Source of the DNA: Octopus sinensis
Taxonomy: Eukaryota
Length of the DNA: 64,000 nucleotides
Direction of reading: 5' to 3'
Assembly: GCF_006345805.1 (NCBI RefSeq)
Contig: NC_042998.1
Coordinates: 29,016,001-29,080,000 of the forward strand
The stretch's first letter is position 1. Each line of letters opens with the position of its first letter. A program made the translations under genes and the position numbers. Under the pieces are notes generated by a model. It saw only the letters and a program-made list of their open reading frames with translations. It ran no database searches and was not told the DNA's origin. This document shows, piece after piece, positions 1 to 15,669 of this stretch.

Positions 1-291
1 TGTTGCTTCTGCTTGGGACCCATAATTTACTTGCAATGAAAAAATAAGAAAAACTAACCATATAGGAAGAGTTGCTGTCCCAAGATGTGTAATTTGAATG
101 AGCTTTGTCAATTACTAAAACAATTTTAATTTTGAGATAACTCTTGCATATTTATTCAGTTGAAGATAACCTACAATTAATTATAATGAGGTTTGAAAAC
201 CAAGTCTTGATAATGAGTGTCAGACACAAAAATAATTTAATAATTTGAGCAATTGTACAATCTTTTTACTGGTAAGCTATAAAAATAAATG

Positions 292-422
292 CATTATTTA
301 CATTATTTACAGTTGACGGATATTTGTCCTCATCTTGTTTGTTGCTAACACAAACAAGACGAGGACAAATATCCATCAAATGTAAATAATGTACATAATT
401 CCTCATCTGTTAAATATAGAAC
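292..422. mobile_element. Fold-back (antisense+sense) remnant of the 3' tail of hammerhead-SINE family H
   Basis: cattatttacagttgacggatatttgtcctcatcttgtttg is followed by its reverse complement caaacaagacgaggacaaatatccatcaaatgtaaataatg, then the family 3' end tacataattcctcatctgttaaatatagaac; same tail as 60705-60785. Confidence 0.85.
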
Positions 423-2130
423 TGTATAAAACTAAAATCTATGGGAAATAACTCCATATATGTTTTAGTTTTATTAGAACTCATCAGTGGAGTTATATAC
501 TTCATTATAGTTGTTGAAGTAGTGATGAAAGAATTACTAAGTGGAAGTACTATATTACATATGATAGGCATTAGAATTGGTATATTTAGAAATATAACTC
601 TGATGGTAATTATTCGGAAAAGCTTTCAACATGAAAAACAATATTTTGTGTTGGCGGTATATTTAATGTAGTAGACATCAAAGAGCTAATAAAGAAATAA
701 TCATGCAGTGAGAAGCAAAATAATATCGGTCATTGAAGTAATGTCGTCTTTTCCTAATTGCATAATTATTTTTAATTTTCTATTTGAAGACAATACTATT
801 TCTGGAGATTCAAATAAACAAAATTATAGTCAAATAGTCTTCCTGAATTTTTTCAGTTTCCTTCTTTCTTAGCTTAACTGTTACTCTACTTTTTGTTTTG
901 AGCATTTTATGGCCACAGCTATTTGTTTATTATATTCTATTATTTCTAATTAATTAGCCATAGTCAAAATGTTGACCTGAGTGGGTTGAAAGGAAAACTA
1001 GAATATGGGAAAATTTCAAAATAACAAACAAATAGAGTACTAAATTATTGGTTGAAAAACAATTCCAGTAGATTGGTATCTTTTTTTATTGAGGTACAAG
1101 TCAAAAATTTGTAAGATAATATTTTAGTCAATTATTTTGAACTAGTTTCAATTTTAGTGTGTATTCCATTGACCTGAGCATCAAAATATGAATGCAAAAT
1201 AAATGAGATACTATAATATTCTGAATAGAATATGATAAATATTTGATAAACGTTTATTTCTCACATTCATTAACATTAGAAAAGTCTTCATCAATAAAAT
1301 AATGGAGTTAAAAATGTGTAATATTGAAATGGTTAATGATTCAATTAATGTATAATTCAAATAAAGAGAAGAAAATAAGAAATAAAAATCTTACAATTTA
1401 GACTGAAATGACAAAAAGAAGAAAGAAAGGCGGATGAGAAACAGAGTAAGATAAGGGAGATAGGGAAGATAAGAATTCTTCAAAATCATATATTATGTAT
1501 GATTGCTTTGAAAACGGTGAATAAATGTGCTTGCATTTCCATTTCAGAATATTTTCTAGTAATGACAATGCAGAAAGCAAATATACAAAATTTACATCAT
1601 TAAATTTATAAATTTTTAGCTTACTTTATGGCGACATACAAATTGCATTAAGGTGAAAGATGATAAAAAGATAAACGTCATTAAAAGTGTAGAAAGCACC
1701 ATAATTATTATATCTCATTTAATCAAAGAGCCAGACATTTTAAACTTGAATAGAAATGCTAAATTGATTAAAACCTTCTTGTCTTACTGGTAGCTATATT
1801 ATCAATTTTGATGTATAAAAGCTTCACAGAGAGGAGGGAAAACATCCCTGGCTAAATTAGAACGTTGCTCCGGAAGGAAGGAAACACAATCTTAATATAT
1901 TACTTAGATACACAAGGCCAGTTTTTTGTAGAAGTGGGTTATAGGCATTTGCATTAAACCCTGGGTATTACATCTGTAAGATGTGGAATTAACAGGCTAA
2001 TTAAAACATCAATCAAAAATGCATTGTGGCATTTGTTCCTGTCATAGTTTTGAGCTTATATTTTGCCAAAACCATCTTCTGTCATTCACCCTTCCAGAAT
2101 TGATGAAATCATGTAAAAGTGCATGGCAGT

Positions 2131-2325
2131 CATCATCATCATCATCATTGTTTAATGTCTGCTTTCCATGCTGGTAAGAGTTGGACAGTTTGAGTGAGGA
2201 CTGACAAGCCAGGAGGCTGCACCAGGCTCCAATCTGATCTGACAAAGTTTCTACAGCTGGATGCCCTTCCTAATTCCAACCACTCCGAGAATTAGTGGGG
2301 GAATTTTATGTGCCACTGGCAGTGA
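2131..2325 (-). mobile_element. RTE-type LINE 3' UTR fragment
   Basis: (cat)n tail, gtttaatgtctgctttccatgctgg and ctacagctggatgcccttcctaa match the 3' ends of the copies at 51446-52049 and 58016-58786, which retain RTE ORF C-terminal coding sequence. Confidence 0.75.
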
Positions 2326-2962
2326 ATTAGAGAAACTGTTAGTGCTGGACAAAATGTTTTGAAGTATTTTGTTCCAGCTCTTTGTGTTCTGTGAACCCCA
2401 GAAAGGCACGGTGAATTGTCTGTATCTAGTTGACAAAGGCTGGCCATAGGAAATTACCTTTGTACCCTCTCAGGAAAATTCCATTGCAGACACAGAGCAT
2501 TTATCAAAGAGATCTCAAAGGATTGTTCATCTACATGATGGCACAGAAAGGAATTACTGCTATCATATTCACTACATCTAGGTATTACAAGTAAAGTAGT
2601 GAAAACATGTTTACATTCCCAATAAATAATATATTCTGTAGTTTAGAGCTATCAAACATCAGTGGAATTAAAAATATCTCTCGCTTGAAAAACAGGGAAG
2701 GATAGGTGACAAGAACGTTTAGTGAACACACATACGTATCTACAATACATTTGTAAATTCATGTATGCACGTGTATATGCCAAAGCAGGCAGTGTAGCAC
2801 AGTCAAGTTGGCTTGCTATACTTCTCTGTTTGTTTGTCTGTTCATCCATCAATCTATCTAACTGTCTATCTATCTATCTATTTGTCCATGTGTATAAACA
2901 TATGCATACATTTATTTATACATATGTAGCTTCTTCTGTGTGTGTGTGTGTGTGTGTGTGTA

Positions 2963-2999
<37 letters not shown>

Positions 3000-3846
3000 A
3001 ACACGTGCACACATATACAGAATTGAAAGATTTCAAAGCTAATTATCTACTACATTTAATTATAATGTGCTATATATCATATAATTGGCTCAATATGTTT
3101 CCTAGCAAAAGTAGTTGATTTTGGATTTTTAATTTTATATTTCATAAATCAGCTACTTTGATCTGTGTAAATTACCACAATTAAGTATACAGAATTTCTA
3201 GAAATAAGCCAGTAATTACCAAACAGCATAGCAATTTTTCTTCAAGGTTATATTATTTAGAAAGCAAACAATTATTTTGAACGGTTATCATGAGATATAA
3301 AAATTCTTTGGACATTTTGTTATTAATAAATTAAAAAAGCTAAATGTTTGTCAGAGAAATGTGACTTTTCTTTGCATATATGAACGTAATTAGTATTACT
3401 TGAATGTTGAAATTATTTGAGAAATAAAAATCAATGCTGTCACGCTTTTTATAATTCCATTCAGATTATCAAATACTACTGGAATTCAAATTACGAATGT
3501 AATTCTACATTTTAATTTGTATTTATTTATTTTCCAGCTAAGAAATGTAAAACTTTAATGCAGGATGGCTTGATATGTAGCATATTGATCGGTTTTTAGT
3601 CATTTCTGTATTTATTTATTTCTGATATGTCAAGAGGTTTTATAACTTAGGTGAGGCAAACACTTGCTGTTTTGGAAAATCTCTGCATTAATCAATATTA
3701 ATGCTAACACAAACTAATACTCTTAGACATTGTTGTTTCACATTACAGCAATTTGTTCTGGGTGTCTTGAGTAAAGCTGATGTTATTTCTTTCCACAACC
3801 AATACTTGAAGTTATTAGCAATAACTCGAAGTTATAAACAGTAATA

Positions 3847-4240
3847 TAGGTGCAGGAGTGGCTGTGTGGTAAGTAAGCTTGCTTACCAACCCCATGGTTC
3901 CAGGTTCAGTACCACTGCGTGGCACCTTAGGCAAGTGCCTTCTGCTATAGCCACAGGCTGACCAAAGTCTTGTGAGTGGATTTGGAAGACAGAAACTGAA
4001 AGAAGCCCGTCATATATACATATATATGTATATGTTTGTGTGTCTGTGTTTGTCCCCCACCATCGCTTGACAACTGATGTTGGTGTATTTACGACCCCAT
4101 AACTTAGCAGTTTGGCAAAATAGACTGATAGAATAAGTACTAGGCTTACAAAGAATAAGTCCCGGGGTTGATTTGCTTGACTAAAAGCAGTGCTCCACCA
4201 TGGCCACTGTCAGATGACTGAAACAAGTAAAAATAAAAGA
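3847..4240 (+). mobile_element. tRNA-derived SINE family A, full length
   Basis: A-box-like tggctgtgtgg, B-box-like ggttcagtacc, CORE-like ggcaccttaggcaagtg, internal (TA)n, A-rich end; at least 5 copies in the window. Confidence 0.85.
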
Positions 4241-4394
4241 ATATATTTATATATATATATATGAATAAAACAAAATAAGAAAATGGAGAAACACATCTTA
4301 ATCAATGGTGGGTTGCACTTACAACCCCTATCTCAATTTGTATATATGAATAAATAAATGGAGTTGAACGAAGATGTTATTAAAATTCTTTTAC

Positions 4395-4474
4395 TTTCGA
4401 CATATGTTTCAAAGACAACATGGTTTTATTCCAAAGGAATAAACAGTGTAAGATGCAATCTTCTCATCAGGAAA
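4395..4474 (-). ncRNA. Minimal type-I hammerhead ribozyme motif in a Penelope-like repeat fragment (~4255-4512)
   Basis: Minus strand reads tttc-CTGATGA-gaaga...tcttt-GAAA-C-atat-GTC-gaaa: stem I tttc/gaaa, stem II gaaga/tcttt, short stem III with palindrome ACATATGT, GUC cleavage triplet. Confidence 0.8.
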
Positions 4475-4528
4475 TGTTAACGGTAAACATAGAATAAGTC
4501 ATTCACCCATCGATATATATATATATAT

Positions 4529-5013
4529 CTTTTATTTTTTACTTGTTTAAATCATTAGACTGTGGCCATGCTGAAGCACTGCCTTAAAGAATTTTAGGCA
4601 AACAAGTCAACCTCAGAACTTTTCTTTCAAGCCTGGTACTTATTCAATTGATCTCTTTTGGTTAACTGCTAAGTTACAAGGATTTAAGCACACCAACACC
4701 GGTTGTTAAACAATGCTGGTGGGAGGGACAAACACAGACACAAAGATATATACACACACACACACATATATATATATATCATCATCATCATCATCGTTTA
4801 ATGTTTGCTTTCCATGCTAGCATGGGTTGGACGATTTGACTGAGGTCTGGCGAACCAGATGGCTGCACCATATAAATATATAAATATGATGGGCTTCTTT
4901 TAGTTTTCGTCTACCAAATCCACTCACAAGGCTTTGGTAGAAGACACTTGCCCAGGGTAAGCATGCAGTAGGTTAGGAAGCAAGCTTCTTACCACACAGC
5001 CACACCTGCGCCT
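4529..5013 (-). mobile_element. SINE family A with a nested RTE 3' tail fragment (4779-4870)
   Basis: Reverse complement of 3847-4240; internal catcatcatcgtttaatgtttgctttccatgctagcatgggttgg block. Confidence 0.85.
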
Positions 5014-5348
5014 ATATATGAAAATAAAATCAAATCATTATTATGACCACCATTCAGTATCTGGCATGAACAGGATAATAAGGCCAGGAACTGCATCAAG
5101 CTCAATTTTTAGTTTTAGCATGTTTTCTAAAGCTGGTTGCCCTTACTAACATCAACCACTTTACAGAGTGTACTCGGTGCTTTTTATGTGGCACCAACAC
5201 TGATAGGATTCTAGTATAGCACTTTGGTTGTGCATACTCTGCATGACTAGTGTATATAAAAGTGTGCAACAGACATTATATTGTATATTTTGTTGTAATA
5301 CCAAGGATGTGCAAATGCTATGTATATTATATAAATCTTAAAAATACC

Positions 5349-5580
5349 TATTTCTTTACTACCCACAAGGGGCTAAATACAGAGGGGACAAACAAGGACA
5401 GACATAGGTATTAAGTCGATTACATCGACCCCAGTGCATAACTGGTACTTAATTTATCAACCCCGAAAGGATGAAAGGCAAAGTCGACCTTCGTGGAATT
5501 TGAACTCAGAACGTGAAGACAGACGAAATACCGCTAAACATTTCGCCTGGCGTGCTAACGTTTCTGCCAGCTCGCCGCCT
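5349..5580 (-). mobile_element. tRNA-derived SINE family B (Meta-domain-like core)
   Basis: Minus strand: aggcggcgagctggcagaaacgttagc...gagttcaaattcc...gtcgactttgcctttcatcctttcggggttgataaattaagtaccag; many copies in the window. Confidence 0.85.
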
Positions 5581-5711
5581 TGTCTTAAAAATCTTTAAAA
5601 TACCAATCCTGTTTTGTGCCATATTACTACAGTTCACACACACGTGTATAAATATATTCATGCATATTCATGACAAGCTCCTACAGCTTCCATCTATCAA
5701 ATTACCCTTAA

Positions 5712-5932
5712 TCCCCTCGTTACTGTATTTATTTTGAGATGCTCTGTGTTTCTTTCAATTAATTTTGAATATAACAAAGAATTTAGTAAAATAACTTAGT
5801 TATCATTCGGCTAGTGTTAGGAACATAAATTGTGACTAAGGTTTGGTGGAAGATTTTAATTCAAAACTTATGAAAACAAGACATTTGTGCTCAGAACCAG
5901 AGCTGGTTTCAGCCGGGTTGGTAACCAAAGGG
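5712..5932. mobile_element. piggyBac-type MITE family P1, nested in a decayed SINE A
   Basis: TTAA at 5708-5711 and 5933-5936; termini tcccctcgttac...gtaaccaaaggg; inverted second copy at 47905-48124. Confidence 0.8.
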
Positions 5933-6108
5933 TTAAAAGGCATTGGTCAGCTTGAGTCTAAGATGCTGCACTGTAAGATTAAGCATCAAATTTACCCATC
6001 TTAGCCATGCAACCAACCCAATGCCTATAGTTTGTGTGTGTGTGTTTGATTTGGTTTGTATTGAATATATATATAATGGTTTAATTTATCTTTCATCTAC
6101 TATTCCAG

Positions 6109-6247
6109 TATGGACTTAAAAAGAAGGTAAAAGAGGAACCAGAGGCAGAACCTGATTTAGACGAGGGTCGAGTTGGCCGCAAGAAAAAAACAAAAGAGGA
6201 ACTTGCAGCCGAAGCTAATGAAGAAGATGATGATGATGACTTCGCAA
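6109..6247 (+). CDS. CPLX: Complexin (synaphin) internal coding exon
   Basis: Acceptor tttcatctactattccag|TAT, donor GCAA|gtaaat; translates YGLKKKVKEEPEAEPDLDEGRVGRKKKTKEELAAEANEEDDDDDFA, very close to squid synaphin as recalled; phase-0 intron before YG matches the conserved RDK|YG boundary of complexins. Missing from the ORF track because it has no start codon. Confidence 0.93.
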
Positions 6248-6414
6248 GTAAATTCTCTTCCTTGTGTTGCTGCATGAATTTTGTGTGATGACATGCCATT
6301 GTTCAATATAATTGCACAGCCAAACACTTTAAATTTCAAATTCGTTATGTGGCCTTCAATTAATAAAAAAATCTCAAATGAAACAAAGAGGCTGCACATT
6401 ATATATATATATGC

Positions 6415-6447
<33 letters not shown>

Positions 6448-7115
6448 ATAAACACTATTGAAGGTACTAAAAGTTCAACTGGTTTTTCTTTTGAATATAA
6501 ACTTTAAACTACTGAAGTGGTGTAGTTTAATGAATTAATGTGAAAGTGAAAGTAGAAAATTTTATGAACATTTCAGAGGTTAAAACTACTTTTACATCAT
6601 GTCACCTTTTTCTCCAACTTCCAATATCTTTCCTACATAGATACATACATGCATGCATACATAGATACTTACATACTCACACATATAACCATACATATTA
6701 TACATATTTATGTACATATACAAATATACATACATACATATATATATATACATACGTATGTATATACTTACATGTATGCATACTTATTTACATAAATATT
6801 GACATAGCTGCATATAAGCTTAAACACATACATATATGTATATACCTCTGTACATATATAACTATATGTATACATGTGTGTTTGTATATATGTGTGTGTC
6901 TATGTATGAATTGTGTCTATGTACATATATGAGTGCGTACATGAGTCGTGTGTGTGTGTGATTATATATATGTATGTATATATACATTTACATATATATA
7001 TATTTGCATATATGAGATATACATATATACATACATATATATATATATATATATGTATTTATATGCATATATATATATATATATATGCATGTATGTATGT
7101 GTGACTGTATATGTA

Positions 7116-7173
<58 letters not shown>

Positions 7174-8220
7174 AGTAGTCCTATGTGCATATGTGAATGT
7201 GTGCCTGTAATTATTTATTCATGTCAAAAGTTATGTACTGTTTTGTATGTATTCTGAAATATGTTAAATCCAAGTGAAATGATCTCACAAAATACTGTTG
7301 AATATGTATGCAAATATATACATATCTTGAAAAAAGACAATTGGCTATATGGTGTGCAATTTGTCACATGACGCAAGCAGTCAAGCTCAGATATATAAAA
7401 ACTCATATTAATATTTTCACATTTAAGCTTAGATATAGCCATATTTATCCATTTACTGTGAATGCTATGCCACAGATGTATGATTAACATCAATGATTAC
7501 TAAATCATAAAAAATTTCTTTGTTGGGTTTTCTCACAAACCTGAGAATTATAATTCGTTGAAAGTATACGCTTCTTTGTTATCGTTGCTTGTAAATGTAT
7601 TGGTTAGCACTAGCACCATAAAACACCAGTCCAATTATAAAACTGTTTGAAAGTTTAGAAAACTATAACGTTCAGAAATTTGCTTTTAAGTTTAAATATT
7701 TGATATTCCCTCCAGCACATACTTATATTTTTTTGATTATATCCTCTTCTCCATTTAACATGTTTGAATTCTATTAGATAAATTTATAGATTAGAAAAAA
7801 ACACGGAGCCATAGTAGAACATATGTATTTATGTGCATGCATACACACACAGACACACACACACAGATGAATATATTTACTTATGTGTGTGTGTGGATGT
7901 GTAAATTTCAACACTTTAATTGTTTATTTATTTTCATCATTATCACATTTCCCTCTATCCCCAAGAATTCAAGTGTATCTCCATTTATATGAGATGAATA
8001 TATGAACGCATATGTTATACATTCATGCATATATGTGTGTATATAAAGGTATATATGCCATACATGTTTGGGAGTATTATACATATCATAATGTGAGTCT
8101 GTCTATACATGAGTATATATAAATATATACCTATTTCTCTTTCTCTACCCTACTTGCTTCTCTCTCTTTCCCTCTGTATATATATATATATATATATATC
8201 TATATATATAAATATATATA

Positions 8221-8364
8221 TATATATGCATGTATGTATGTGTGACTGTATATGTATGCATGTATGTATGTGTGACTGTATATGTATGCATGTATGTATG
8301 TGTGACTGTATATGTATGCATATATATATGTGTGACTGTATATGTATGCATATATATATGTGTG
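8221..8364 (+). repeat. 30-bp minisatellite (tatgtatgcatgtatgtatgtgtgactgta), ~4.8 units
   Basis: Exact 30-bp periodicity; an isolated unit also occurs at ~7081-7120. Confidence 0.9.
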
Positions 8365-8540
8365 TATGATTATATACATGCATATATATATGTATGTATG
8401 TGTGTGTGACTGTATATATGCATATATATATATATATATACATGCATATGTCAATTTTCCATACAGATATCTGTGTGAAGATGTATGTGAAAATAATACT
8501 TCTCCGGTTTTTGTGTTTCAATCCCTTCCTTTTCATGTAG

Positions 8541-8551
8541 AATCATTTTAG
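8541..8551 (+). CDS. CPLX: Candidate terminal coding exon of complexin (gives ...DFA-K-S-F-stop), followed by putative 3' UTR
   Basis: Strong pyrimidine tract ttttgtgtttcaatcccttccttttcatgtag|AA TCA TTT TAG, compatible with the phase-1 donor at 6247; followed by non-repetitive AT-rich UTR-like DNA with several AATAAA. No transcript evidence. Confidence 0.45.
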
Positions 8552-10004
8552 AAAGTCACTATCCACTGTCACTTGGAATTTATATATGTATATAAATGTG
8601 TTTAATTTCTTGGAATATTTCTTACATATTTCTTGTCACTGTATTATCAACAAAATCTGTTCTCATGAGTGTATTCATGCATATAGCACATTTCATTTTT
8701 AAATATTTCCATCACTTGATTTTATTAAAGCTAAGATTATGAGTATATTTATCTTTTTGCTTAGTCTTATGCTGCTGTAAAATTTTACTAATGATTTTTT
8801 GGAATTGTATTACTTTTTAATGCCACATAATTTGTTTGTGTATGTTTTTTAACAGTATGAAGTAAATGTGAATAAATGTTAGGATTTAGAAATAAGCATG
8901 AGTTAATCTGTAGACAAGCTACATAGACTGCATGCAAAAAATGGAAAAAATATATCCTAAAGACTTTACTATTTTTTTTTTTGTAAGATTACAAATTCCA
9001 TATAGTTTGTTGTGATGATAGCAAGAGATTTATATCCATGTCATTAATTATAAATCATATGAGATGGTCAAAATCAAAAAGACTATTATTAATTGACCAA
9101 GCAGAAATATTTAATTATTGTCTTAAACAATAATTGGTAACTATTATTATTATTATAATTATTTTTTAAATCCAGAAAATTTGGATCAAATATGAAACCT
9201 GCTCTATAATATTTTTATAAATCCATGACAAATTTTGTGAGAGATAAAAATTATGACCAGTTCTCTTTTTGTATTCTCTTTTCCACCTTTAGCATTAATT
9301 CTGTTTTATTTCAGCAGGATTAGAATTCTTAAATTATTATGTTGGACACCTGACATTTAATTCTTTCCTCCTTGCCTAGTACTTTCGTTTAGTACGTAGC
9401 TTTTAGCATTTTACTCATTATTGACATCTTAATAAACTATTATGAGACATAGTTTGCTGTTTAGAAATAAATTTTAATTGAACAAACAATTAAATTCAAA
9501 TTTTGGGAAACGTAACTTAACTTCAGGATTCATAAGTTCAATTTAAATTGATTTAAAATACAGTCTTAAATAATTTTTTTTATTTTAATAAATCAGTTTG
9601 AAATTGTAAAATTTTATAAAATTTTACGTCACAATAACTGTTTTGGAGTTTCCCATCTTTATAGATTTGAACATAGTAGAATTTATAAATACTCTACCAT
9701 TTGATAATGGAATATCTTTTTCACCTTAATTCATATCATGATTATGAAAAAAAACACCAAAAAAAAAAGTTCATGTTAAATTCAGACATTTATTTATTCT
9801 TGGTACAATTAATAAATTATGCACTGAAATAGCTATGAAAACATCTATGACTTGATTAATCATTTCTGTGGTAACTCAAAGCTGATATAATTTTTCAAAG
9901 TATATTTTGTTTGCTAAGATTAAAATCAGTATTAGGAAATTGCCAAATTATTGCGTTGATATTTAATGGTTGATAAAATTTCTTAATTTATGAGTTTGCA
10001 TGGT

Positions 10005-13245
<3,241 letters not shown>

Positions 13246-13308
13246 TTGGATGAGATCATTATTAAATCATTTATCAGCATACTAAAAATACCATAATGGT
13301 TAATTTAT

Positions 13309-13532
13309 ATTAAAATTATAATATGGGTTCTGAATGATTACAACACCAGTCTGCTAGAAATAGGCCCCAAATGGTTTATTACCCACGTAGATTATTACTC
13401 CACTATACAAGGTTGTAAGCGCGGAAAATAGACAGCAAGGTGGAGTAATAATCTACGTGGGTCATATACCATTTGGGGCCTCTTTCTAGCAGACTGGTGT
13501 TTGTAATCATTCAGCACCCTTAAAATTTTAAT
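13309..13532. mobile_element. Fold-back element/MITE with ~80-bp inverted arms
   Basis: 13325-13403 is the reverse complement of 13440-13519 with few mismatches; 36-nt spacer. Confidence 0.85.
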
Positions 13533-13630
13533 GTGTATATATATATATATGTGTATATGTATGTATATATGTGTGTATATGTATATAGATATGTATATAT
13601 ATATGTGTGTGTGTATGTATATATGTTTAC

Positions 13631-13661
<31 letters not shown>

Positions 13662-13746
13662 AGTATATAATATATATATTATGTATAAGGATGTATATGT
13701 AGTATAAGGATGTATATGTATGTATATAAATATATATGTATACATC

Positions 13747-13802
<56 letters not shown>

Positions 13803-14364
13803 TATATATGTATACATCTATGTATATATATATAAGTGTGTGCATATATATGTATACATTTATGTATATATATATATATATGAGTGTGTATATAATTCAT
13901 ATATGTAGCCATATATATTTATGTACATACATGATTGTGTATGTATGCGTTGTCTGGAAAGCATGTGCTATGACAGAGAGTGAGAGATAAATAGATGATT
14001 TAAAAAAAATTTAAATGTCAGTTAATGTTCAAGATTGAATCTATTTTGTCATCTTGATCTCTGTTAATGATGTTTAGTCTCAACTGCTAGCTTCTGTCAT
14101 TCATGTCTGTGAATTACCTTGTATAATTGCTTCCTTCATGATGATGTTCGTTGTCAAAATACTGTATGTGATGCAACGTGATTGTTACAAAAAAAGGAAA
14201 CTTAAAGACACATAGACAATGTCATATCTTAGTAAACTATCGTTACTTAAACTATGTTTTAAGAATGTAATATCCGTTTGTTGTTGCCTTTGTAAATCTC
14301 TCATTCTCTGTTATATTCCATTGTTAGAATATTAATAATATATTTCCTGTTTATCAATATATTT

Positions 14365-14411
<47 letters not shown>

Positions 14412-15557
14412 AACACACACTTGTATTAATAGAACTTATAGTGTTAATTTTGTTTACTCACTGATCTTAACTCAAATAGAAGTAGCATACAAGCATTATC
14501 TATCTTTTATATCTTAACATTCACTTTTTACCCTCGTTATTATATTCTAATTTTTACATATTTTTGTGACCGTTGTTTTCCTTTGATTTGCATCATGATA
14601 TTACTATCAGTCAATTCTCAGATCAATGTCATACAACGTTGAAATTTTTCCCGTCCTTTTAAGATCAATGTGGATTATATTTCTTAAGAATGCTGATGAA
14701 TATTTTTACACTTAGAAATATATGAACTAGATTGAATTTCTTAAGAAAGTTATTATTTTGATATACTAGACAACATAATAAACTTACTATACCAAAATGT
14801 TGTGGTATTATTTTAAGCTACTAAAATAATGTGTTTGAAATATCAGTTTCCTTTCCTGTTATTTAGATTTGAAATTAAAAATAGTAATAGTAGAAGTATT
14901 CTTAATTTAGCCATTGTCCACGTATATCGATGTCTTAGATGTAAAAATGTTATTGATTGTATATATGTATGTATATGCACGTATATATATATATAAATAT
15001 ACTTCAACTGCTGAGCTTGCTTTTGAATGCAAACGTTAAATAAAATGCTGTCACAAATTAATGTATGTGTGTGGGCATATATATATATATATATATATGC
15101 CTGTATGTATGCATACATGTGTGGATGTACATATGCGTATATATATACTTGTGTATATTGTTTTATCTGCATAAAAATTGATTTATAGTTTTTGAGGTCC
15201 AGTGCAGGATTAAGCACTGATCTTGTGATATTCTTCATTGAATGGGAGCTACTTAAATTATCTATAAGGCTTGAAATCAAAAGGAGAGAATGGATCACAC
15301 TCCAACCAATGTATGGTTTGGGATTTTGTATCAGAGGGGAAATTTTAGTTTGTATCTGGAAATACAATGAAAATGCTGCAGGATCTCATTGTTTGTGTTC
15401 CTATAGGTATGTGTGTGTATATGTATGTATGTATGTATGTATGTATGCATGCATGTAAGCATGCATGTATGCATGCATGTATGCATACCCAATCTTTGTG
15501 TGTGTGCATATATATATATATATGCTGTATAAATATGCATACAAACATTCTGCATAC

Positions 15558-15588
<31 letters not shown>

Positions 15589-15638
15589 CATGTACACATC
15601 TCTATATATATATATATGTGTGTGTGCATGTACACATC

Positions 15639-15669
<31 letters not shown>

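Noticed and set aside
6093-6399. Minus-strand ORFs with Ser/Phe runs
   Set aside because: Antisense shadows of the complexin exon
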